From NCBI GenBank assembly GCA_022760355.1, contig JALEGB010000087.1:950-64949 (forward strand): 64,000 bases of DNA. Direction: 5' to 3'. The notes beneath the pieces were generated by a model that saw only the letters and a list, made by a program, of their open reading frames with translations, did no database searches and was not told the DNA's origin. Below, in pieces: positions 17,955-26,531 of the stretch. Within the stretch, counting starts at the first letter, position 1. Every line of letters starts with the position of its first letter. This DNA is from Neomegalonema sp. GTDB taxonomy: Bacteria > Pseudomonadota > Alphaproteobacteria > Rhodobacterales > Rhodobacteraceae. A program made the position numbers and the translations under genes.

Positions 17955-19841
17955 CTAGTCCGGATCCGGCAACGCCTCCTCCATCGCGCGCTTCACCACA
18001 GCGTCCCGCGTCTTCTTCAGTTGCGGCACGCCCTGCACCCGGCTGCGCATCCGATCCCGCGGGCTTTGCGTAATGTCCATGACCTTTTGGGCCAGAAGCT
18101 CCCGCCGGCCTTCGGCGTTCATCTGCATCTCAATCCGCCGGCACATCGCCCGCATTGCGGCGGAGTCGCCCAAAGGCGGCTTCGCCGGCGCGCACAACAG
18201 ACGCAGACCAAGCGCGGCGTGCAGCTCAATCTGAGCCAATCGCGCCTCATCCCGCTCTCGGGCGACCTCGCGCACGAACTGCAGCAATCGCGCCGCAACA
18301 TAGTACGGCTCAGCAGTCAGCGACGGCGCAAGAAGATGGTCGTCGACCTCGCCGGCGAGAGCAGCGAAACCGCGCTCGGCAACATGGCTTTTTTCCAGAA
18401 AGACCGCGTAGAAACTGCGCAGCAACTCCTCGAGCGAAATCCGCTCCGCCGGCATCGACTTCGCATATTGCCCAGGTCGACGCTCCAGCACCAAGGCCGG
18501 CCCGCCGGCGCGGGCGCGACTGATGAAATGCTCTTCGATCGCCAGCGCTTTTTCACACGCGGCGAACAGGGCCGCGCCCGTGATCGGGGTTTGGCGGTTG
18601 GTAGCGTCAATGATCGCCCGGCGCACCGGCGTATTGATTGCGCCGACCAATTTCACCGGCACATGCACATCCCGCGCATTCCGCAGCTCATCGCGGTTGC
18701 GATAAATAACGGTGCTGGTCTGCAAGCCGTTCACGATCTGGAAGTTGCGAAGGTGGACCGCGCCGCCATTTTCTTCAACCGCATCGGCGACGACAGTTAC
18801 ACCGTTATTCCGCAGCAAGAATTGCGCGCGATCTTTGCTGAGCAGCGTGTCGCGAATACGCGCATTGACGCCGCCATCGCCCTGATAGCCACGCACATTT
18901 TGGTTGAAGATCGCCTCACGCATGCCCTGACCATCTTCACGCTCCAACAGCTGCAGGAACTGACCGATCGGAACATGGCCGAAGAACCCGCCCTCGACGC
19001 CTTTGATGTTCGGGATCGCGATCAGGCCATTGCTGGGCAGGGCGACTTCGTAATCTTCGACCTCAAGGCGCGTTTTGCCGGGCTCGGGCACAGTGTGCAG
19101 CGGCATGCCGGTGGCCATGAAATCCAGCAAGCGGCCGCGATCGACGGCCTCAAACTCAACATCCGCCCCGCCATCGCCGGATTGCGCCAGCCACTTTACC
19201 GATCCCACCCGGCGACGCCCTTCGCGCAGCGCTTCCGCGGCGCCGCTTTCGTCATTCCAATGACCAAGCGCGGCGAAATAACCATAAACGGAGACACGCA
19301 GCGCAATCTTTGATTCAAACGCCCGGGCGCGCAGCTGCGCAAGCAATGCGCGTTTCGGCGCAAGAGCCGCATCGACTGCGTCGCCCTCAAAGAAGGCGGC
19401 GACCTCATCGACAAATCGAACCATTTTCTCCGGTTCGAACCGGTTGGCGCGGGTCGCCTGAACGGCTGCGAAGGATACCGCCATCTGCTCAGCCGCCACC
19501 TCCAGCACCGCATCGAGCGCGGCGGAATCCTCAACGATCCGGCCGTTGACCATCATCACCATGCAATGAAGGGCGCCTTCCCCTTCGCGAGAGGTGACGA
19601 GCGAGCCCACCTTTAGCGGCTCAAGCTCCTGATCGTGAAAGCGTCTCAGAACGTGGAAGGCGGCGAAACGTTCGAATACTTCGCCGCGCTGCTCGTCGGA
19701 TAGGGCCCCGAAGTCAAGCCCAAGCTCCGCCGCAAATTCGCGAACAGCAACAGCAACCGCGTTGGGCGGCCTTTTCTTTTTTCCGCGCCGCGCTGCTTTT
19801 CGAGTCGTCTCCTGCTTACGACCAACTGCTAGTTGTAGCAT
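17955..19841 (-). CDS. AIPR family protein (abortive infection phage resistance)
   Basis: 628-aa ORF with AGGAG upstream. The central string NFQIVNGLQTSTVIY...VPVKLV...IIDATNRQTPI matches the AIPR hallmark (xxNGxQT...N.Q). The N-terminus is Lys/Arg-rich. Confidence 0.8.
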   Translation of the reverse strand: MLQLAVGRKQETTRKAARRGKKKRPPNAVAVAVREFAAELGLDFGALSDEQRGEVFERFAAFHVLRRFHDQELEPLKVGSLVTSREGEGALHCMVMMVNGRIVEDSAALDAVLEVAAEQMAVSFAAVQATRANRFEPEKMVRFVDEVAAFFEGDAVDAALAPKRALLAQLRARAFESKIALRVSVYGYFAALGHWNDESGAAEALREGRRRVGSVKWLAQSGDGGADVEFEAVDRGRLLDFMATGMPLHTVPEPGKTRLEVEDYEVALPSNGLIAIPNIKGVEGGFFGHVPIGQFLQLLEREDGQGMREAIFNQNVRGYQGDGGVNARIRDTLLSKDRAQFLLRNNGVTVVADAVEENGGAVHLRNFQIVNGLQTSTVIYRNRDELRNARDVHVPVKLVGAINTPVRRAIIDATNRQTPITGAALFAACEKALAIEEHFISRARAGGPALVLERRPGQYAKSMPAERISLEELLRSFYAVFLEKSHVAERGFAALAGEVDDHLLAPSLTAEPYYVAARLLQFVREVARERDEARLAQIELHAALGLRLLCAPAKPPLGDSAAMRAMCRRIEMQMNAEGRRELLAQKVMDITQSPRDRMRSRVQGVPQLKKTRDAVVKRAMEEALPDPD

Positions 19842-20179
19842 GCCTTGCGGCTCCTATGCACAATCCCGCCGGACCTCACCCGATATCCTTACTTATACTA
19901 AAAATTGAGGAAAGATCAAACGCCGCCAATAAATCTGGGAGCAGAATTGTGGATTGTTGGAGGGGGGACACAATATATATACTATCCACAGTTTATTAAT
20001 CGCACCTACCAGTTGAAGGCGAGATATCCACAGCTCCTGCAGCGCGAATTTCGCCAATAGCCTCGCGATATGTCGCTCGCCTATGACGAGAGCGTAACAG
20101 GATTGACAAACGGCGTGTTTTTTGTCAGACGCTTTCGCGCAAAGTTGTTTTGCATCCGCGAACGCGTGCGCCTTCTCGC

Positions 20180-20217
20180 CAATGACTAGTTTCGAGCGGC
20201 AATGACGAGTTTCGAGC
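20180..20217 (+). repeat. two tandem 18-nt repeats at 20-bp period in the helicase leader
   Basis: CAATGACTAGTTTCGAGC (20180-20197) and CAATGACGAGTTTCGAGC (20200-20217) are identical at 17 of 18 positions. Confidence 0.85.
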
Positions 20218-20448
20218 ATTGAGCCGGCAGGAGCGGCCCCCCCGAGCTACGAGGCTTGAAAGGGGGCGGCAGGCGAGCACCCGCACAGGTCGCACCATTA
20301 GGTAGCCGGGCGCCAGGAGAGCGCTCGTTCGCGCGCCCCGGGCGCGCATGATATGAGCGGCCTCCTTTAGCGCGTGATGGTCACGACGCGTAGAGGTTGG
20401 AGGGCCCCTAGGGCCGTCAAAGCTGCTCCTCGAAAGCGACGGAGCTCC

Positions 20449-22026
20449 ATGAAGTTCGATGAACTTGGACTTGATCCAAAAGTCCTAAGCGCGGTCCTTG
20501 AGGCCGGCTATGAAACGCCCACGCCCATTCAGGCTGAAGCGATCCCACACGCCCTCCAGGGCCGCGACGTGCTCGGTATCGCACAAACCGGCACCGGAAA
20601 AACCGCCTCCTTCACATTGCCGATGATTACGCTGCTGGCTAAGGGCCGGGCGCGCGCGCGGATGCCGCGGTCATTGATCCTCGCCCCGACGCGCGAGCTG
20701 GCCGCGCAGGTGGCGGAGAATTTTGAGACCTACGGCAAAAACCTGCGCCTCTCGATGGCGCTGCTGATCGGCGGGGTTTCATTCGCAGATCAAGAGCGCA
20801 TCATTGATCGCGGGGTCGACGTTCTGATCGCAACGCCGGGGCGGCTTATCGATCATTTCGAGCGCGGCAAGCTGATGCTGACCGGCATCGAGATCATGGT
20901 CGTCGACGAAGCCGACCGGATGCTCGATATGGGCTTTATCGAAGATCTTGAACGCATCTTCAAACTCACGCCCTTTACGCGCCAGACGCTGTTTTTCTCC
21001 GCGACGATGCCGCCGGAAATCACCCGCCTCACCGAAGAATTCCTCTCCAATCCAGTGCGTGTTGAAGTCGCTCGCGCCTCGTCGACCGCGGACATCGTTA
21101 CGCAAAAGGCCTGCGTCCTGCCAGGCGCCGTGCGCGATCGGGCGGATCGAGAAAAACGAGCCGCCCTGCGCCATATCATTGATGAGCAAGGCGAGACGCT
21201 CACCAACGGCATTATCTTCTGCAATCGCAAGCGAGACGTGTCGACCCTATTCAAGAGCCTGACCAGCCACGGATATAATTGTGGCGCGCTGCATGGCGAT
21301 CTTGAGCAACGGGTGCGGATGCAGGTGCTGGACGGCTTCCGTAAAGGCCAAGTCAAGCTGCTGGTGGCTTCGGATGTCGCCGCCCGTGGACTAGATATCC
21401 CAAGCGTAAGCCACGTCTTCAACTATGATGTTCCAATCAACGCCGAAGACTACGTCCACCGCATCGGGCGCACCGGTCGGGCCGGCCGCGAAGGCGCCGC
21501 CTTCACCATCGTCAAACCGTCCGACCTGAAAGCGTTGGCCAAGGTGGAAGAGCTGATCAAGAAGGAAATTCCGCGCGTTGAACTCGAAGGGCTGACCAAC
21601 GCCGAACCGCCAGCAGCGCCGGAGCCGCGCAGCTCCAGCCGCCGCGCCGAAGGCGGAAAACGGAGTGAGCGCGAAGAAAAAACGCGCGACGCGGACCCAC
21701 AGGAAGAACGCGGCCGCCGCCGTCGTTCCCGCCGGCGCGACGCCCCAGAGCGGGAGCGCGACGAGCCAGTAATCGGCATGGGCGATCACATCCCGGCGTT
21801 CCTGCTCCGCGAAGTGCCGCTGCCTGGGCGAAAGAAGCGCGACCCTGCGGACGGCGATAAAGTGATCGATGAGGAAAAGATCGCCGACGAAGCTGAAGCG
21901 CCGGAAATTACGACCGACGACCTCACGCCAGACGCAAAAGAACGTCGGGAAGGCGCCACTGTCGATATTTCCGCTGAAGCTGAGGCCGGCGCGCCGGATC
22001 CAACGGAATCGGCCGACGCGGCATAG
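20449..22026 (+). CDS. rhlE: DEAD-box ATP-dependent RNA helicase (RhlE-like) with Arg/Glu-rich C-terminal tail
   Basis: Q-motif ...YETPTPIQAEAIP, motif I AQTGTGKT, PTRELA, DEAD as VVDEADRM, SAT, and HRIGRTGRAG. The ATG at 20449 is preceded by GGAG. Confidence 0.9.
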   Translation: MKFDELGLDPKVLSAVLEAGYETPTPIQAEAIPHALQGRDVLGIAQTGTGKTASFTLPMITLLAKGRARARMPRSLILAPTRELAAQVAENFETYGKNLRLSMALLIGGVSFADQERIIDRGVDVLIATPGRLIDHFERGKLMLTGIEIMVVDEADRMLDMGFIEDLERIFKLTPFTRQTLFFSATMPPEITRLTEEFLSNPVRVEVARASSTADIVTQKACVLPGAVRDRADREKRAALRHIIDEQGETLTNGIIFCNRKRDVSTLFKSLTSHGYNCGALHGDLEQRVRMQVLDGFRKGQVKLLVASDVAARGLDIPSVSHVFNYDVPINAEDYVHRIGRTGRAGREGAAFTIVKPSDLKALAKVEELIKKEIPRVELEGLTNAEPPAAPEPRSSSRRAEGGKRSEREEKTRDADPQEERGRRRRSRRRDAPERERDEPVIGMGDHIPAFLLREVPLPGRKKRDPADGDKVIDEEKIADEAEAPEITTDDLTPDAKERREGATVDISAEAEAGAPDPTESADAA

Positions 22027-22035
22027 TACGCGCGA

Positions 22036-22070
22036 CAAAAACGCTCGGCGGGTCGTCCGCCGAGCTGCCT
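22036..22070. terminator. bidirectional terminator between convergent rhlE-like gene and rnj
   Basis: CTCGGCGG (22044-22051) pairs with CCGCCGAG (22057-22064) across a 5-nt loop. It is flanked by AAAAA on the left, which is a U-tract for the minus strand. Confidence 0.6.
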
Positions 22071-22089
22071 CTTGGCGCGATCTGCTCAG

Positions 22090-23799
22090 TTATTCTTCGT
22101 CATCATCTTCTTCTAGACGAATGACGATAACTGAGACTTCCGGCTTCTTTCCCCAGAAACGATCACAAGTGCGCCGACAAGCGCCAAGAGCGACTTCCTC
22201 AATCGCCCCGTCGCTCCGCTTCTCGCTGGGTTTAAGGCGCTCAACCGCCTCATCAACCTCATCCATGATCATTTCATCGAGGGCGGCCGGCCAATTGTCG
22301 CCATCCGCGGGCGCCCCGACGCAGCGCACCTCCGGATCCGCGATCAGCTCGCCTTCCTCATCGACAACCAAGGCGATTGACACATGGCCCTGACGCGCGA
22401 GCCGCAGCCGGGCCCGCATCACACCATCAAGCGCGCCAACAAAGGTCGATCCATCCAGATAGACGCGCCCGGTTTCGACCTCTTCAATCTGACCAATTTC
22501 GCCCGGCCCCGCCAAACGAACCATCGCGCCATTCGGCGCCAGAAGCGATTTTTTGGCGCCCCATTCTGCGCTCATCTCCCGATGTTCGACCAGGTGACGA
22601 TGCTCGCCATGCAAAGGCAGCGAGATTTGTGGGCGCAATAGCCGGTAGAACTCTTTCAGCTCATCGCGGCAGGCATGGCCGGAAACGTGGATCTTTTCAC
22701 GGTCCGCATCCACAACCTTGATACCCCGCTCGGACAGCCGGTTATAGAGCTTGTAAACATCACGCTCATTGCCCGGGATCGTACGCGAGGAGAAGATGAC
22801 AGTGTCGCCTTCCCCCAGCGCGATTGTCGGATGAGATCCCGAAGCAATCCGCGCCAGAGCGGCGCGGCCTTCGCCTTGACTGCCGGTCACGAGATAGAAC
22901 AGGTGCTCTGCAGGCAGGTCCTTCGCCGCCTCTTCGCCAATCGTCTCAGGGAAATCGCGTAGAACGCCAAGCGTCATCGCGGCGTCCAGCATCCGACGCA
23001 TTGCACGCCCAGCCACGACGACGGAACGTTCACACTCCACGGCGGCCAGCGCCATCGTTCGCAGACGCGCAACATTCGATGCAAATGTCGAGGCTGCGAC
23101 GGCGCCGCTCGCTTTCGAGATCACCTTCTTCAGCCCATCGACCAGCTCAGCCTCCGAGCCCGCGACGCCTGGCTCAAATACGTTGGTGCTGTCACACGCA
23201 AGGCAAAGTACGCCTTCATCGCCGAGCGCCTGGAACGGCTCTGGATCGAACCCGGCGCCCAGACCTGGCTCAGCGTCAATCTTGAAGTCGCCACTATGCA
23301 GCACCGTGCCGAGAGGACTGCGAATTGAAACCGAGGTCGCTTCAGGCACCGAGTGGGTGATCGGCAAGAACTCAACAGTGAACGGCCCAACATCAAACGG
23401 CGCGCGCACCGAAATCTCGGTAATCTTGTCCGCCGAGAGCCCCTCTTCCTCAAATTTTCGACGCGCAATCGCCGCGGTGAAGGCGGTGCAATAGACGGGC
23501 TTTTTTAGCCGCCGCCACAGCCGCGCGATCGCGCCGACATGATCTTCATGCGCATGAGTAATCACGATGCCGCCAAGATTGGCGCGGCGCTCGACGATAA
23601 AGTCGATGTCCGGCATCACGATATCGACCCCCGGCGCGGAGCTCATATCGCCAAAGGACACGCCGCAATCGACCATCAGCCACTCATGCTTCCGCGGCGC
23701 GCCAAAGCCGTACAGATAGCAGTTCATGCCGATCTCGCCCGCGCCGCCCAGTGCGACGTAGACAAGTTCATCTTTCCCAGCCATTTCGTTTCCATCCAT
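22090..23799 (-). CDS. rnj: ribonuclease J (metallo-beta-lactamase / beta-CASP)
   Basis: N-terminus VYVALGGAGEIGMNCYLY, and motif ITHAHEDHVGAI. Length and architecture are typical, with an acidic C-terminal tail. An alternative start is the ATG at 23784. Confidence 0.9.
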   Translation of the reverse strand: MDGNEMAGKDELVYVALGGAGEIGMNCYLYGFGAPRKHEWLMVDCGVSFGDMSSAPGVDIVMPDIDFIVERRANLGGIVITHAHEDHVGAIARLWRRLKKPVYCTAFTAAIARRKFEEEGLSADKITEISVRAPFDVGPFTVEFLPITHSVPEATSVSIRSPLGTVLHSGDFKIDAEPGLGAGFDPEPFQALGDEGVLCLACDSTNVFEPGVAGSEAELVDGLKKVISKASGAVAASTFASNVARLRTMALAAVECERSVVVAGRAMRRMLDAAMTLGVLRDFPETIGEEAAKDLPAEHLFYLVTGSQGEGRAALARIASGSHPTIALGEGDTVIFSSRTIPGNERDVYKLYNRLSERGIKVVDADREKIHVSGHACRDELKEFYRLLRPQISLPLHGEHRHLVEHREMSAEWGAKKSLLAPNGAMVRLAGPGEIGQIEEVETGRVYLDGSTFVGALDGVMRARLRLARQGHVSIALVVDEEGELIADPEVRCVGAPADGDNWPAALDEMIMDEVDEAVERLKPSEKRSDGAIEEVALGACRRTCDRFWGKKPEVSVIVIRLEEDDDEE

Positions 23800-24021
23800 T
23801 CGTCAATTCGGCGGCGCCAGTTTGTGCGGGCCGGCGCTCAAGCCCAAGATTCCATAGTTCCGCCATCGCCGGATCTCGGCGGCGTTACGCTGTCGGCGGT
23901 TCGGTTCGGCGCGTTTTCGCCGCCGGGAACCGAGAGGATCGATCTATCGCGCATCATCCGACGCGGCTAGCGCCAAAGCTAACGTTTGACGAATTTCTTG
24001 GTCCTCAATCATTGGCTTTAG

Positions 24022-24801
24022 TCACTCAGCGGCGCGCCAAAACACATCGGCGGCGTGGATCCGACGCACATTGTGCTGTGTTTCAAGAAGAAGCGCCCCA
24101 TCACGATCGAGATCAACAAACCGACCCTCGACAGTTTCGGCAGGTAATCGGGCAATTACGACTTCACCAAGGCGTTCCGCCTGCGCGAGCCAATGTTCAC
24201 GCAAGGCTGGAAATCCGTCGCGGCGCCATGCGTCAAAGCGATGGCGAAAACTGATCGCGAGCTGTTCCAAGAAATGCTCTGGCGCAGAGGATAAAGCTTG
24301 GGTCGCGGCGTCAGCCAAACCAAGTGGCGTGAACGGCGCGCTCTTGTCCCGCGCCGTCGCAGAGCCCCCCGCCGAGCCGCGGCGCGGCGCAAGATTGACG
24401 CCGATCCCAATAGCCAGCACGTCTTGGCTTGATTCCAACAGCACGCCCGCCAGTTTGCCGCCCTTCAGCAAGACGTCATTTGGCCATTTCAGACCGGGCG
24501 ACAATGTCGGCTCCAATGCGCGCACAGCGTCGGAAATGCTCAATGAGGCCGCGAAAGAAAGCGTCGCCACCTCAATCGGCGTCGCGGATCGGCGCCAAGC
24601 GAGCGGTCTCAGAAGCAGCGTTACAGTCAGATCGCCGGATGATGAGGCCCAATCGCGTCCGCGGCGCCCACGCCCCGAAAGCTGCCTTCGCGCCGCGATC
24701 CACAGCGGCCCCGCCTCGCCGCTGGCCGAGCGCCGCAGCGCTTCGGCGTTGGTGCTATCGACGGCGTCAAGCCAGATCGTCGTCGGGTTAAATTCGATCA
24801 C
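24022..24801 (-). CDS. birA: biotin--[acetyl-CoA-carboxylase] ligase
   Basis: Contains VDSTNAEALRR and the GRGRRGRDWAS motif. Its start overlaps the nuoN stop by 4 nt. Confidence 0.85.
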   Translation of the reverse strand: MIEFNPTTIWLDAVDSTNAEALRRSASGEAGPLWIAARRQLSGRGRRGRDWASSSGDLTVTLLLRPLAWRRSATPIEVATLSFAASLSISDAVRALEPTLSPGLKWPNDVLLKGGKLAGVLLESSQDVLAIGIGVNLAPRRGSAGGSATARDKSAPFTPLGLADAATQALSSAPEHFLEQLAISFRHRFDAWRRDGFPALREHWLAQAERLGEVVIARLPAETVEGRFVDLDRDGALLLETQHNVRRIHAADVFWRAAE

Positions 24802-26411
24802 AGACCGAGGGGAGCAGCTGGCGCGCCCAACGCCGCTTCCTTTGTCGGCGCCGGCTTCGCAGGCGCCGCCGTAGCCCGATGCTCGGTAAGCGACTTCGCC
24901 GCTCTCGACGCCGCTTCTTCGGCGCCAAAGCCGTTAAAAGGCTGGAACGGCGCAACCGCAAGAATCATCGCCAAGGCGACAACGCCAAACGTCGCGCGAT
25001 GAAGAACGCCGCCGCCAAGCTGCAGCGGGTTCGCCGCCGGCTCAGCAAAGTACATGCGGCGGATAATATTCAGATAGTAATAGGCGCTGATAACGCTGGA
25101 AACGACGGCCGCGACGGCGAGCCAGGCCAGCCCCGCATCAACGGCCGCGCTGAAGGCGGCGAACTTCGCCATAAAGCCCCAGAGCGGCGGGATGCCCGCC
25201 AGCGAGAACAGCAGCAGCGCGAGCCCCGCCGCAGCCCCCGGGCTGGTCCGCGCCAGCCCGTCCAGATCAGCAAGCCGCGCCGACTGCGCTCCATCGCGGG
25301 TCATCATCAGAATGAACGCGAACACGCCGACATTCGTCGCCAGATAAATCACCAGATACACCAGCATCGCGCTGACGCCAGCCTCGGTCCCAGCCGCCAG
25401 CGGCACCAGCGCGAACCCCATATGGCCAATCGAAGAGTACGCCATCAGTCGTTTGATGTTCGTCTGCCCAATGCCCGCGAACGCGCCAAGGAACATCGAG
25501 GCGACCGCCAGAGCGGCGATCACTTGCGACCATTGCGCCGCCATATCCTGGAACGGCCCCATCATCGTGCGGCCAAACAGCGCCAAAGCGGCGACCTTTG
25601 GCGCGGTCGCGAAGAATGCGGTAACCGGCGCTGGCGCGCCCTCATACACATCCGGGGTCCACATATGGAACGGGGCGGCGGAGATTTTGAAGGCGAGGCC
25701 GGACGCCAGGAAAACAAGCCCGAACAACAGGCCAATCGGCGCCGCAGTTTCTTCCTTCGCCTCCAGCAATTTCACAACCGCCGTGGCGATCTCATCAAAG
25801 CGGGTCGAGCCGGTGAAACCGTAGATCAGCGACGCGCCATAGAGCAACAGACCGGAACTCAGCGCGCCCAGCACGAAATATTTGAGGCCCGCTTCGGTGG
25901 AGCGCAGAGAGTCGCGCCGGAACGCCGCGATGACATATAGCGACAGCGACTGCAACTCGAGCCCCATATAGAGAGACATCAGGTCGTTCGCCGACACCAT
26001 CATGCACATTCCGAGCGCCGCGAACACGATCAGCACCGGATACTCAAACTGCATCATCTGATGGCGGCGCATATAGTCGACGCCAAGGATCAGCATGATA
26101 GCCGAGGCGAATAGGATCAGCACCTTGGCGAACCGGCTGAACGTGTCGTCGACAAACAGGCAGGCGCGGCCGCCATCCTTGCCGGCGGCGCAGTCGAACG
26201 CGCCCGCGGAAGCGCCATCGAGGGCCACCAGCACGCCTACCGCCAACAGGAGCGCCGTTGCGAGATAGAGGATCAGCTGCGCGGCGGCGGTCTGCGATGG
26301 TTCGTCGTCCCGCTTGGCGCGGAACACGCCGAGCATCAGCAAAGCCATGCCGCCAATCGCCAAGGCGATTTCAGGAAGGGCGACGCCAAGATCGGCGCTG
26401 ATCGAATCCAT
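24798..26411 (-). CDS. nuoN: NADH-quinone oxidoreductase subunit N (with Ala/Pro-rich C-terminal extension)
   Basis: Polytopic antiporter-like subunit, last gene of the nuo block. The start is set at ATG 26411 (MDSISADLGVALPEIALAIGG). Confidence 0.9.
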   Translation of the reverse strand: MDSISADLGVALPEIALAIGGMALLMLGVFRAKRDDEPSQTAAAQLILYLATALLLAVGVLVALDGASAGAFDCAAGKDGGRACLFVDDTFSRFAKVLILFASAIMLILGVDYMRRHQMMQFEYPVLIVFAALGMCMMVSANDLMSLYMGLELQSLSLYVIAAFRRDSLRSTEAGLKYFVLGALSSGLLLYGASLIYGFTGSTRFDEIATAVVKLLEAKEETAAPIGLLFGLVFLASGLAFKISAAPFHMWTPDVYEGAPAPVTAFFATAPKVAALALFGRTMMGPFQDMAAQWSQVIAALAVASMFLGAFAGIGQTNIKRLMAYSSIGHMGFALVPLAAGTEAGVSAMLVYLVIYLATNVGVFAFILMMTRDGAQSARLADLDGLARTSPGAAAGLALLLFSLAGIPPLWGFMAKFAAFSAAVDAGLAWLAVAAVVSSVISAYYYLNIIRRMYFAEPAANPLQLGGGVLHRATFGVVALAMILAVAPFQPFNGFGAEEAASRAAKSLTEHRATAAPAKPAPTKEAALGAPAAPLGL

Positions 26412-26531
26412 TCTCTCAATCCTATCCCGCCGCCGGACGCCCCCAAGCGGCACACGGCGCCGCCCTGGTAAGCCGCGCCCTAAATCGACCAGCTGATCGA
26501 CCGGCCCGGCCGATCAGCCTCTCCGAATTCA

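Noticed and set aside
17919-19313. 464-aa ORF on the plus strand
   Set aside because: It is antisense to the AIPR gene, is Arg-rich and low in complexity, and has no start context. The AIPR frame carries the NGLQT hallmark.
19432-19441. tRNA T-loop-like GGTTCGAACC
   Set aside because: It is a palindrome inside the AIPR coding sequence with no surrounding cloverleaf. A similar string near 45909 is also inside a CDS. No tRNA genes were found in the window.
19893-20219. 108-aa minus-strand ORF in the AT-rich region upstream of the AIPR gene
   Set aside because: It has no RBS, is Cys/Leu/Ile-rich with odd composition, and spans the tandem repeat and hairpin. It is more likely non-coding control DNA. 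A roughly 40-codon plus-strand ORF from 20070 is equally unsupported.
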